From a virus: a DNA stretch of 64,000 bases. This document shows, one piece after another, positions 36,749 through 51,700 of this stretch. A program made the position numbers and the translations under genes. The notes below the pieces were generated by a model. That model was not told the DNA's origin. It saw nothing but the letters and a program-made list of their open reading frames with translations, and did not search any database. The stretch is taken from IMG/VR virus record IMGVR_UViG_3300017917_002937, positions 1 to 64,000 of that record, one strand, 5' to 3'. Every line of letters starts with the position of its first letter. The stretch's first letter is position 1.

Positions 36749-39700
36749 ATGGCTACACGTATAAGAACTTTAAATTTTTTACCTGAAATATTTCAAACTC
36801 CTACTAATTCACAATTTTTATCTGCTACTCTAGATCAAATTGTTAATCCACCTAATACTAATCGCATTCAAGGTTATGTTGGTAGTAAGTTTGGTTATGG
36901 TATAAATGCCAAAGACTATTACGTAACAGAACCAAGTAAAGAAAGAGTAGATTACCAATTAGAACCAGGTGTCGTTTTTACAAAAGATAATGAATCTACT
37001 GCATATGATTTTATAAGTTATCCAGGTATTGTGAATGGATTACAAAATCAAGGTGGTATTGTTAATAACAATGATAGATTATTTGAAAGTCAGTTTTATA
37101 GCTGGGATTCATTTTCTAATTTAGATAAACTAATTAACTTTAATTATTATTATTGGTTACCTGAAGGTCCACCAGCCGTAACAGTTAGTACAGAAACAGT
37201 TTTTACTACATTTTCATATGTTGTAGTGGATACGCCTTCTGGGTATTTAATATCTGGTAGTCAACAAGCTACAGGTAGTGTGAATCCAACTATTACATTA
37301 TTACGCGGTGGAACATATACTTTTACAGTCAATCAAGCAACCGATTTTTGGATACAAGGGGAACCAGGAGTTACTGGGTACAGTCCTACACAACCAAATT
37401 TAAATACACGAGAAATATTGGGTGTTACTAATAATGGTATTGATCAAGGTATACTTACCTTTAGTGTACCACTTGCTGATGCACAAAGTAACTTAAATTT
37501 TCCAGGTAATAATTTAGTAGATGTTGTTAGTACAATACCATTTTCTCAATTAAATGGGCAACCTGTTGTTGGATTCGCCGGTGTTGATGGTATAACGTCA
37601 TTAAACGGCTTAACTGTTATGTTTTATAATACAGGTGTTGTTAATGAATTGGGTTATGTTCAACAATTTTTTAACCAAAATAATTATGATGTTAATGGTA
37701 ACCTAATTACACCGCTTACTATAGATATAACAAATACTAATAGTGTTGGGAACGTTATAACATGTAATTCAACTGCTAATCTTACAGTTGGACAAACAAT
37801 AACTTTTACTGGTACTGAATTTGGAAACTTAACATCATACACTGGTTTAACAAGTAGTGCCATATCAGCAGGTAGTTTTAATATAGGTCAAAAATATATA
37901 ATTCAAACTAGTGGTACTACAGATTGGATATCAATCGGGTTAACAGAGACAGCAAATGTAACTGCATCAATTAGTGGTACAGTTCTGACAGTAAGTGCAG
38001 TAAATACAAATCCTTTTAGTATTGGACAAACAATTACAGGTACTGGTGTAGCATCAGGTACGGTTGTAACAGACTACAATGAAATTAATGGTACTTATAC
38101 AGTAAGTATTAGCCAAACTGTAAGTAGCACTACTATACTAGGTTATACAATTTTAGGGGGTTTATTTACTGCAACTGGTATAGGTTCAGGAACAGGAACT
38201 GCTTTACTTTATGATCCTGAAATATTTTATGTTACAAGTATTTTAAATGGTACGACTTTTACTATCGCAGCAGAAGAACCATATATTGACTATGGTGGCA
38301 CATTAGTAATAGGACAAAAATATGTAATAACAAGTTTAGGATCAACTAATTTTATATTGTCTGGTGCTGCATCAAATACAGTAGGTACTGTATTTACAGC
38401 TACAAATGTTGGTTTGGGTACTGGATCTGCAAGACAAGTTATAACAGCGGGAGCGTTTAATCCAGGATCCACCTATACAATTACAAGTATTGGTACCACA
38501 GATTTTACTTTAATAGGGGCAAGCTCTAACACAATTGGATTAAGTTTTACAGCAACTGGAGTTGGTGCAGGTAATGGTACTGCATATTTAGGAAGTAATA
38601 TTACACTTACAACAGCTACAGGGACAATGACAGGATACATTAATCAAGGTTTGTTGGAAGAAGGATATTATACAACTGTTGATGATTTATTTTATACTAT
38701 TACATATATAGGAGATCCTGCAACTCCAACAATAAGTTTAGTACCATATAATTCGATACCAACAAATCAAAAAATTACAGCAAATTTTGGTACAACTTAT
38801 AATGGCAGAAACTTTTATAAGAATACTGCAGGAACAATTATACTAATTCCTTACTTAAGTGCACCATTAACAACATTGTATTATCAAGATGGTACTTTTG
38901 CCAATAAGGTAGGTATCATTAAAATTATTGAAAGCAATACAAGTAATCGTTTAAACATTTTGACTGAAATACTTGGAAAAGACCAATATACAAGTAGTAC
39001 AGGTATAGTTTTTACAAATGGATTAAAAGTAGAATTTCAGGGAGATATTTTTCCTTCAAGTTATTTAGAAGGAAGTTACTATGTTGAAGGTGTTGGAACA
39101 AGCATACAACTTATCAATACGAATGATTTAGTTGTACCTGAAGCGTTTACAGAAAATTTATTGTTGCCATGGGACACAGTGGGTTGGGATTTTGGAAACT
39201 GGGACGGTACATCAAATATACCAATAAAACAAGATTATATAACAATAAGTAGAAATAGTTTAAGTTTAAATCCTTGGTCTAGAAGTAATCGTTGGTTTCA
39301 TATTGACGTTATTAATGCAACAGCAACTTATAATAATAATCCAAACATTGTAACAGAGTATGCTACTGAATCTGCAAAAGCAAAAAGACCTATTATTGAA
39401 TTTTATCCAAATTTAAAACTTTTTGATTTTGGCACTTTTGGTAAAGCACCTGTTGATTTTGTTGATGAAAGAACTACAGATGCTTTCAGTGAAGTAGCTG
39501 GGCAGCAAAATTATTATCCCGATGTTATTGCATATACAGATTATACAGGAAGTATCGCAACAACTAACTATACAGTATCAAGAACTATATCAGCAACAAC
39601 TACCCTGACAAATCATGTAACGGTTAGTAGTACTAATGGCTTTAGAGTTAATGATTTAATTGTTATTACATCATTGTCTACGTTTGGTGGTTTAAGTTAT

Positions 39701-42700
39701 AACACTGATTATTATGTTCAATCAATTGTTAATTCAACAACTTTAAAATTAAGTACAACAGTAAATGGAGATCCAATTAATTTGACTACAGGTTCAGGTA
39801 CAATGAATTTTGATTGGACTCCTAGAAGCACTGAAATTACTATTGCAGCAGATGACGTTACAGGCTTATTAACAGAAGGTAACTATATTACCGACTCTAC
39901 TAATTTATTACCAAATAACTCTTATATTGTAGAAATTACAGGTACTACTACATTTACAATTACAGTAAGTTGGCCAGAAAGTTCTAATCCATTTTTTACA
40001 TCAACGAGTGTAGCATCATTTATTACTACAGATACTACTGTTGATAATTATGCACTGTTTGATGGAGCAAGAATTGTTTTTGCAAATGACACAAACTTAA
40101 ATGTTAGAAATAAAATATACATTTCTAAATTTCAAAGTATTACAGGAACAAGCACACCAGTTATAACATTAATCGAAGCACTAGATGGTACAGTATATGA
40201 AAACGATCAAACTGTAAGTAAGAGGGGTTATAACAACACAGGTATAGATTTTTATTTTGATGGAAATAATTGGATAAAAGGTCAACAAAAAACAGATATA
40301 AATCAAGCTCCATTATTTGATATATTTGATAATAACGGAATAAGTTTTGGAAATAGGGACATATATGTTGGTTCAAATTTTAATGGCTGTAAACTATTCA
40401 GTTATAGTATAGGAAACGGTATCGATGATATAGTATTAGGATTTCCTATAAAGTATAGTAATATTGATAATATCGGTGATATTTCTTTTGATGTGAATTT
40501 AAACAGTGACACATTTGATTATGTTACAGGGTCAACACCTATTAATCAAAATGTAAGTAAAGGTTATGTTTATAATTATTTGACTAGAGAATTATATGAA
40601 AGAATGTTGGGTTGGCAAACAGCAAAATATCCAAGTGTGCAATATCAGCTTTTCCAGTTTAACTACGTATTAGGGGATGATAATTCATTTTTATGTGATG
40701 TGGCTGCTAATATTGTTGATAGTTGGCCTAACATTAGAGTTTTTATTAATAATAATTTAGTAGCAACTGATAACTTTACAACATTAATTGGTAGTAATTC
40801 AACTACTGTTACTATTGATTCTATTTTACTTTTAGAAAATACAGTTATTCAAATTTTAATACTTAGTGATCAAGTTAGTTTAACAGCTTATTATACCACT
40901 CCTATTAACTTAAATAATAATCCGTTTAATGTAAACATAACTTCTGTTAATGTTGGTGAAATAAGAGGGCAATATCAAAGTATATTTTATAATAATACTA
41001 ATTTAACAGGTCAAGTTTTTGGATCAAATAATTTTAGAGACTTGGGTAATTTAGTACCATATGGTGACAGAATAATACAAAATAGTGCCAGTCTTGTATT
41101 ACCTGGAGTCTTTTTAAGAAAACAAGATTGTAATTTGTTTGACGCACTTTTGTTTAATAGTAAACAATATATTTTATATAAAACTTTACTTGTTTATACT
41201 GTTAATAATTCAAATTATGAACAAAGATATAATCCTAGTGAAATTTTAGATGACGCTCTTGATCAAATAAGTGCATCAAAAACTGACAGTATGCCATTCT
41301 TTTGGAGTGATATGCTACCAGGTAAAGCAGCTTATATTATTAACAATTACACCTTTGCTAATAGTTTAAGTGTTTCAGTTTATCCACTGTCTAAGATTTA
41401 TGATTTTACCTCTGCAAATTATAATGGATTGTTGGTATACTTACAAAGAACTGCAAATAACATTGTAAATACGACACAACTTATTATCAATCAAGATTAT
41501 ACAGTAAGTGCTACAGCACCATCACTCACTATCACACTTCAATTACAACCTGGCGATACTATAATTGTAAAAGAATATAATCAAACATATGGAAGTTATG
41601 TACCAAACACTCCAACTAAATTAGGTCTATATCCTTCATTCATTCCTGAAGTTGTACTGGATACAACATATTCTACCCCAACATATTTTATAAAAGGACA
41701 TGATGGTTCATATACTAAATTATATGGCGATTATGATAGTACCAATAATTTACTTATTGATTTTCGTGATCAAGCTTTACTAGAATTTGAACGAAGAATT
41801 TATAATAATTTAAAAATTAATGATATAATACCTATACAATCTTACGAAATAACACCTGGCTTTTTTAGAGATACAGGTTATAGTTATAATGAATGGTTAG
41901 AAATTTATAGTGTAAACTTTTTAAATTGGATAGGTCAAAATCGTTTAGATTATGAATCACAAATTTATAATAAAAATAATCAATTCACATTTAATTATGA
42001 CAATAGCGGAATTAAATTAAACAATAAACCAATTGAACAGGGTTATTGGAGAGGAGTCTATACTTATTTCTATGACACTAGTACTCCTAATCTAACTCCT
42101 TGGGAAATGATTGGGTACAAAAATCAGCCTAATTGGTGGACCGATCGTTATGGTCCTGCACCATACACAAGTAATAATTTAATACTTTGGGAAGATATGG
42201 CTAATGGTATCGATTATAACAATGGTAATCCAATTGTCATAAACGAACTTAAGAGACCTGAGTTATTACAAGTTTTGCCAGTTGATTCTTATGGTAATTT
42301 ATTAAGCCCATTTGATAGTATTGTAGGTAATTTCAACGAAAGACTATTTAAAAATGATTGGAAAGTTGGCGACGACGGTCCTGTTGAATTTAGCTATAGA
42401 AGAAGTAGTACCTATCCATTTGATTTGATGAAAATTTTAGCATTGACTAAACCTGCTAAGTTTTTTAACTTAGGAGTTGATGTTGACAACTATAAGTACA
42501 ACTTAGAATTTAATCAATATTTGGTCAATGATAGAAGTCATTTAATTATATCAGACATTGAAATATATGGAAATGGTACTGCAAAAACAAGTTATATTAA
42601 TTGGATAGTTGATTATCAAAAACAAGTTGGCATTCCAGCAACTACAAATATTACAAACATTCTTAAAAATCTTGATGTTAGACTTATATATAGACTAGCT

Positions 42701-45700
42701 GGTTTTAGTGATAAAACTTTCTTAAAGTTTTTTGTAGAAAAAGGTAGCCCTAATAGTACAAATGCTTCTTTACTAATTCCAGATGAAAGTTACAGCTTAT
42801 TATTATACGATAATGTTCCATTTGACAAAATAATTTATAGTGGTATTATTGTTCAAATAGACCAAAGAGGTTTCACTGTATTTGGTAACTCACAAACACA
42901 AGCTTATTTTAACATTTTAAAACCTAAAAATAATGGAGTCTATGATCAATTAACTGTAGAAGATATTACAGTAAGAGTTCCTAGAAACTTTTTTACAACA
43001 ACTGATATTGTACCTTATGGTCAAACATTTTATAGTATTCAAGAATTGTGTATTTTTATAAAATCATATGGTGCATATTTAGAAAGTAAAGGAATGAAAT
43101 TTGATACAATTGAAAATGGATTAGAAATTAATTGGAATCAAATGATATTAGAATTCTTGTATTTTGTACAGAATGGTTGGGAAGTTGGTACACTCATTAC
43201 TTTAAACCCTGCTGCTGTAAATTTACAAATCAATAGAGAAAATGCTATTGTTCAACCTTTAACTTATTATGAATCTAATTTTGTAGTTAATGAAAATTTA
43301 TACCCTATAGCTTTGAAAGATTTAGCAATAACTAGGGAGGAAACATTTTTTAGTGTTCAAGCGTTAAATCAAGGAGATAGTATTGGTTATGGGCAATTTA
43401 ATTTAAATAGTATTGAACATGGGATTGTGTTTGATAACATAACATTATTTAATGATACAATTTATAATGTACCAACTGGTTTACGTCAGATAAGAATTTT
43501 CTGTAGAGGAACTAAAACAGCAGAATGGAATGGAACATTAACTCCTTCAGGATTTATATTAAATCAAGATAACATACAAGAATGGAATTCAACTGTAACT
43601 TATACCAAAGGACAAATTGTAAAATATAAAACAAAATACTATACAGCTATAAAAATTGTACAACCTAAAATAGTTTTTGACGAAACTGATTGGAAACGTA
43701 CAGATTATGATGAAATTCAAAAAGGTTTGTTACCAAATTCAAGCACAAGAAGTGCAGAAAGTTTATTGTATTATGATATCAACAATGCAAATTTAGAAAA
43801 TGAGGCTGATTTATTAGCATTCTCACTTGTTGGATATAGACCAAGAAATTATCTAGCACTTGCTGACTTAACCGATATAACACAAATTAATGTCTACCTT
43901 AATTTAATTAAAAACAAAGGTACAAGAAATGCTACCTATGCATTTAAAGGAGCAAACTTACCACAAGGTGGAATCGATTATGAAATTTATGAAAATTGGG
44001 CAATTAAATCAGGTGAATATGGTGGTGTTTTAAACAATAACTTTATTCAATTAAGATTACAAGAAAATGATTTAAAGGGTAATCCTAGCACGTTAGGATT
44101 AACAAATGGTAATGTTTTTGATGATGTAGAACAAACAATACCATTAAACAAAATTTATAACTATGCAAGACCTATTACTGATCCAAATATTTTAGCAACT
44201 ATTCCGGTTGATACTCCAAATAAAGTTTTTCCTGACGCAGGATATGTAAATTTTAATGATGTTAAAATGAGTGCATTTTATGCTTCATTATTAAATGGCG
44301 CAGTAGATAAAAATGGATTGGTGGTACCATTATCTAGGGTTTATGTTAATGATTATATATGGTTGGCAAAATATTTAAGTACTTGGCAAGTATATACTCC
44401 AGTAAGTAATGGACGTGTAGTTTTTGCGACAAATAATTTAAACGGGTCAGTAACACTAACTTTTAGTGAACCACATAATTTAAATTTAAATCAACTTATA
44501 GCAATAATAAATTTTGATCCAACTATAAATGGATATTTTATTGTCAAAGCAATTGTAAACATTTATAAAATTATAATTAATTTAACATTATCCCCTCAGA
44601 CTACCACAGTGTCAGGGCAAGGAATTGTATTTAAGTTTCAAACCCAGCGTGTTTCTAAGCCTAGCGACATTAATGATTTGCCTTTGTTAAATTATGAGTT
44701 TGTAAAAAATAGAGTTTGGGTAGATCAAGGATCAAGTGGTAATTGGGAAGTTTACCAAAAGAGTGTTAATTACAGTTTTGATACAGAAATTACTAAAACA
44801 AATACTGATACCTTTGGATCAGCAGTAGCATACACTGACAAATTAGGGTATTTAATAGGAGATCAAGATGCAGGTAAAGTTTATCGTTACACATATAATG
44901 ATTTAACTCAATCATATGATCTAAATCAAACATTGACACAAACTGCAAGTTTTGGTGCAAGTATTTCTTATAGTGATAATATTTTTGTTATAAGTCAACC
45001 GACAGGTACCAGCAGAGTTTATGTTTACGAGTTACCTGATTCTATTTTAACTGATGATTTAACACTTTATCAAACTGCAATTTCAGCATTAGGAGGCTCA
45101 AGTAACTGGGGTAGTTCAACTGCTATATCAGGTGATAAAAATTGGATTTATATAAGTGCAGTTGATTTAGCTAGAGTTTATGTATATAGAAAATCACAAG
45201 TTACTGATGAGTATGAATATATTACATATTTTAATGTAGGGGGTCTTACCTCAAGTGATAATTTTGGATATTCACTTAGTACTGATTATTATGGTGACAC
45301 TGTAATTGTAGGCGCTCCAAATGTAGATTATTCAGGTACTATTACAGATTGGGGCAAAACATATGTATTTACCCGAAGTCTTCAAAACATAGAATCACAA
45401 TTTAATAGTGATTCAAGTATTTCCCAAACACTTCAACTTGCTTGGACACCAACTACAATTACTTCAGCATGTAGTGCAACTGCTGTAACAACAAATCGTA
45501 TAACCTGTACAGATACAACAGGCTTTGTAGTTGATATGCCTGTAATATTTTCAGGAACCATATATTCAGGAAGTGAAATATTACCTAATACAATTTATTA
45601 TATTCATAGTATTGTTTCAGGGACACAGTTTACAATTAAAACAACGAGAGCAGGTATAACTTCTTTTGCATTAGGAACGTCGTCAGGAACAGGAATGACA

Positions 45701-48700
45701 GTAAATGTTCAAAGCGAACCACTTTATGTTAGTGTTAACGGAGAACTTGTTGAAGATTCAACTTATGGTGTAATTGGAAGTACATTAAATTATGTAGGTA
45801 ATTTAACAGCAGGAGATATAATTACTGTAAGTGGTAGTAATTTTACATTAAATCAAACACTGACCTCAACAGACATTGATACAGTAGGAATTAGATTTGG
45901 TAATAGCGTCAGCACAACCACACATGCCACTGAAGTTATTGTTGGAAGTCCATTTATTATTAGTAACAACGTAGAAGGTGCTGTATATCGATTTACTAAT
46001 GCAGGAGGTAGATTTGGAAGTGTAAGTAGCACAACAGAAGTCAATGTAACATCTGTAAGAAAATTATTAATAAATGGTTATCTAGTTTTTATTCCTGTTG
46101 GGCTTGCTGAGGATGCGGCAGATGCAATTAATGCAAGTTTGATTACAAATGTTATTGCAAGTGCAGAAAATAATTATTTGACAATTTCTATTGTTAATAG
46201 TGATCTTACTCAACCAAATGAAAAATTGATTTTAGCCAGTACAGATAGCTCAACATTTACTGAGTTGGGAATAGATATTTATTCATTAACTCAAACTATA
46301 AATTGCCCACACCCACAAGGAAGATCACAGTTTGGCACAACCGTTAAATTTAATGAATTAGGAAGTTTTGTTGCTAGCGCCCCGGTTGGTACAAGATATA
46401 CTTCAACAACTTTTGACTTTTCTGATGATGTTAATTTAGATAACGATACAGTATTTGATAATAATGCTACACAATTTGTTGACAGTTTTCCTAATGCTGG
46501 TGCAGTTTATATGTTTGACTATATTCCAAATTATAATGAAACAATCAACAATGTTGGTCAATTTATTTACGCACAAAGTATAAACGATACAGATTTAACA
46601 TATGGTAGTCAACCATATTATGGTACTGCGTTAGATTTTAATCAAAATCGTGTAATTGTTGGTACTCCTAATTTTGAACCTAATATAACAAATGGAAAGG
46701 TAACAACATTTATTAATCAATTAGGTGTGCAAGATTGGTCAATATTAAGGCAAAGCCCTGCAATTGTTGATATTAATAAAGTTTACAATGTACAAATCTT
46801 CAGCGCACAAACAAATAATACGCTAATTAATTTAGATTATATTGACCCATTACAAGGTAAAATATTAGGGGCAGCAAGACAAAACATTGATGTAATTAGT
46901 AATGTTGATCCTGCCAATTATAATCGTGCAGATCAACAACGAGGTTTATTTTGGGGAAGTGATCATGAAGGTGATATTTGGTTAAACACAAGCAGTATGG
47001 CTTATGTAAATTATCATCAAAACGATGTAGTTTATGATTCAAAATATTGGGGTGAATTATTCCCTGGTAGCTTTGTTGGCGTATATAGTTGGATATCAAG
47101 TAATGTTCCTCCTATAGATTATCAAGGTCCAGGTGTTGTATATGATGTTGAAAAATTTTCAATTCAATATATTTTGAATGCAAATAATCAAATACAGCCT
47201 ATATATTTCTTTTGGGTACAAAACACTAATATTATTTTTTACAAACGTGGCAAAACTCTTGCAGATAGTATTATTGCAAACTATATAAGAAATTCAAAAA
47301 ATTCTGGTATAAGTTATTTTGCACCAATTAAGCAAAATGTTTATGCATTATATAATTCAGGTGAATATATAAATGCAAATGACAGTATTTTAAGTTTTTC
47401 TTATGCAACTGGCAATAATGACGAGGCTATTCATAACCAATATAACTTAATAAGATCAAACTTTGCTGATGATTTTTTACCAGGGGTACCTAAATTTACA
47501 GGTGTTGTAAGCCCGAATCAGCAGGTTAATGGTACACAACTAAATAATAGTCCACAATACTTGTATGACAGATACTTAGATAGTTTTTCAGGTGTTGATG
47601 AGGTAGGTGAAATTGTTCCTAATCCATATTTACCAAAAGCTGTACAGTTTGGAATACTAGCAAGACCTAGACAAAGCTTTTTTATTGACAGATTATTAGC
47701 ACTAAAAAATTATATTACATATGCAAATACAGTAATGTCACAATTTCCTATTGTTGAATTAAGGCCTAATTTAAGCTTTTTGTTCACAGAAGGGGCAATT
47801 AATCCAAGTGATAGTCCTAATTTATTTTTTAATACAACAGATTATTGGCAATACAAGAATTGGTGGGCTGTTGGATATAGTGACAGTACAAGATCAGCAT
47901 TACAGGTACCATTGTTTGCAGACCTTTCCACACTTAATGTTAACGTAGGTACTATTGTTACAGTTAATACAAATAGCGAAGGTAGAAGTGAAACTTATAT
48001 ATTAAGTGATACTTTAATTTGGAACAGAATAGGATTACAAAATGGTACTATTGAAATAAAAGCAGAAATTTATGATTACCAAGATGCAAGATTGGGTTGG
48101 GGAGATAATTTTTGGGACACTACTCCATATGATTATTATCCAAGTGAGGAAACACGTTATATTATAAGAGCACTAAACGAACAAATTTATACAAATGAAT
48201 TTTTAATTTTTAGAAATAAAAGTTTAATTTTAATGTTTGAATATATTCAAAGTGAATCATTAGAAAATCAAAATTATTTACCATGGTTAAATAAAACTTC
48301 ATTAATTGATGTAAGTCATAAAATTAGAGAGTTAAGACCAATTGAAGTTTTTCAAAGTGACAATCAAGAATTTTTATCTGCCTACTTAAATGAAGTAAAA
48401 CCTTATCATGTAGTCATTAAGGACTTTTTATTTACCTATACAGGTAATGAAACATTTGAAGGAGATATTACAGATTTTGATTTACCATCAAAATATAATA
48501 ATACATTCAAACAGTTTATAACACCACAGATAGTATACCAAAGTCCTGATGCTAATAATGAGTATACACCAAATAATTCTATTTGGTTAGATCCAAGTTA
48601 TAATCAATGGTATGAAAATTATGGTCTTTCAATCGTTGGTCAATTAAATTATGAAATTACTACACTACAATCATATATTGGTTTATCAACAACATTTTTT

Positions 48701-51700
48701 GCTGTAGATAATGCATTTGGTTTCCCGATTAATGGATATATAAAAATTGGTAATGAAATTATAGGTTATAGTAATGTAGACAGAAACCTACAAGTCATCA
48801 GTGGTATAACAAGAGGTGTAAATGGTACACCAATTGAAACACATATACCTAATGAACTTATTTTTATTGATTTACCTCCAGTTATAATTTTAAATGGAAG
48901 CAGAGGTTATACTGAACCACCAAAAGTAAGCGTTTACATTGATACAACGATTTATCCTGAGCCAAAAGAGGCTGCTGAATTAGAAGTAGTTATGGCATTA
49001 GATTCTGTAAGTTATATTAATGTAGTAAATCCTGGTATAGGATATGCTGTAACACCTGAAATTATTATCGACCCTGCTATAACAATAACACTTACTGATC
49101 AAGAAGTTAATACAACAAATAATACAATCAGATCATTTAGCTCTTTCTTACAAACAGGGGACGAAATTCAATACAAGGAGGTTGAAGGTAATCCAATACA
49201 AGGACTGCAAAATAACCAATGGTATTATGTTAATATTTTAGAAAATACTCCATTAATAATTTTAGCATTGTATAGCAATTACGGGGATAGCTTAAAAGAT
49301 GAAAATAGAATCAAATTTTATTCAAAAAGCATAGGTACATTCTCACTTAATTTAGGTGCTAAAGCATTTGCTGTTACAATATCAAGTCCAGTAAGAGAAA
49401 ATAACATTACATTAAGATTTGATAGAACAACATATAATTCAGACTTAATAGATTGGAGAGCAGGTCAATACTATGGATCGTATTATGCAGGATCATATAG
49501 TAATAGTGAAAGTGTATCTAGTTCAAGTATACAATTGGCTTCGACTAGCCCGCCTATTGAAAGTATTTTAGCAAGTGCTCAGGGAGTTGCTTTTGAAATT
49601 TTAAATGCAGAAAATATAAGAGTAATTGATTACACATCATTTATTCGTTATGTTTCTCAAACGCTAACGTCTAGTAATATAATTACACTTATTTTACAAG
49701 ATGATGGGTCAGGTAATCCAAATGCATCGGGAGGTACATTAGGATTTTATATAGGAATGCCTATAAAATTTGTAGGAAATACAGGTACATCTAATATAGT
49801 TAATGAAACAACTTATTATATTGCTGAAATAGTTAGCCTAACAGAATTTAAAATAAGTGCTTCAGACTCAGGTTCACCTGTATTGGCTTTAGGAAACTTT
49901 ACAGTTGGTCCAGCTGGTCTAAAATGTTATGTTGGGCAAATTATTGATACTGCAAAATTAACTGTTTATTATCCAGGAATATTAACTGCAACAGCTACCT
50001 CAGAGGGTACAAATAAAATTACTGTCCCACTTAATTTAACAGGAACAGGTGGAACAAATAATTTTTATACAGGTATGACATTGTTTTTTACAGGAACAGT
50101 ATTTGGTAATATTATTGAAAATGAAATTTATTATGTTACGACTGTTTGTGATAATCAAACATTCACAATATCAAAAACAAATGATCCATTAAGATTAGAT
50201 GTTTTAGAGACAATAGCAAGTACAGATTCAATAAGAGTAGATGGTACATACCAAACTTTGGCTGTCAATGATCCTATCATATTTACTGACTTTTTGTTTA
50301 CTGCTGGTGATTTTGTAATTGGACAAGAATATGTTATAGAATTTGTAGGTACAACTGATTTTACATTAATTGGTGCAACCTATAATACAGTTGGAACAAG
50401 ATTTACTGCATCAGGCGTAGGTACAGGTACAGGTACAGCAAGTTCATTAGAGTTTGGTAATTTAGTTGCAGGAGATACTTATTATGTTATAAGTACGATT
50501 GGTAATGATGAATTTGTCGTTGCTACATCACTTAATGGATCAACTTTTACACTTATTGACAGTGTAGGTACAGGATATGTAACAAGTCAAATTAATACAG
50601 TGGATTTAACAACAGATACAGGTTCTATGATTGTAAATGTTAATTTACCAGTAAGTCCAGGACAAGTAAACGGTCAATTATTTACAATGTACCAAACAAG
50701 TGGACAATATACTGGTATTACTGGCTCTGAAACATCACTACTAGAAAGAGTAGTTAAAGCAACACTTGGTAATAGAACAGGTAATCCTGGTGCAGAGGTA
50801 GACAGAGTATTGATAAGTCAAACTGGTGATGGTTTGGAAAACTTCTATATTAATATGCCTGTGCAATTTGAAGCAAGTATAGGTGGTTTGTCTGCAGGTG
50901 CACCGGGTTATTATGTAACAGATTATGGAACAACAAGTGTTACTGTTATAAGCACAAGTGCAAGTATTACAGCAGGAATAGTAACAGGTTCAATATCAAG
51001 CACAGTGCTTACTGTTACAGCAGTGACTTCAGGTGTTGTGGTGCCAGGAGCAATATTAAGTGGTACAGGAATCACCACTGGGACTACTGTATTAGATTAC
51101 ATTGGTGGGTCAGGGGGAGTTGGTACTTATTTAATTACGCCATCACAGGCTGCAGGTAGTACAACTATAAACGTTACTATAAGTGCATTAACATGTCAAA
51201 ATTCTGATGATACGAATAAATTATATGTTGATATGCCAGTCTTATTCTCTGGTCAAAGTCTTGGTGGTATAGAAATAAACTTAGAATATTACGTAAGGTC
51301 AATTATTGACGATGTTAGATTCTCAATTTCTTCAAGTCCAGGAGACACAGCAACAACATTAACTAACGAATCAGGTATAATGGTCGGTACGGGTGATCCA
51401 TGGATACAAGTTAGTACGTCAATTGGTGGAGGTGTGGTTACACTTTCAGATGATACGAATTCGACTAATTTAACACAAACACCAACAAGTACACCTGTAT
51501 TTGATGTAAGTTATATATTGGGTGGATATCGTGTTGTCTTAAATAATGCTGGAACTGGTTACGCAGTAGATAATGTTATCACTATACCAGGTACACAATT
51601 AGGTGGCACAAGCCCAACGAATGATTTAGTGTTAACTGTAAACGCTATTGATGTTATTAGTTATGATCAAATAAATGATATTTTAACAAGTAATGGTGAA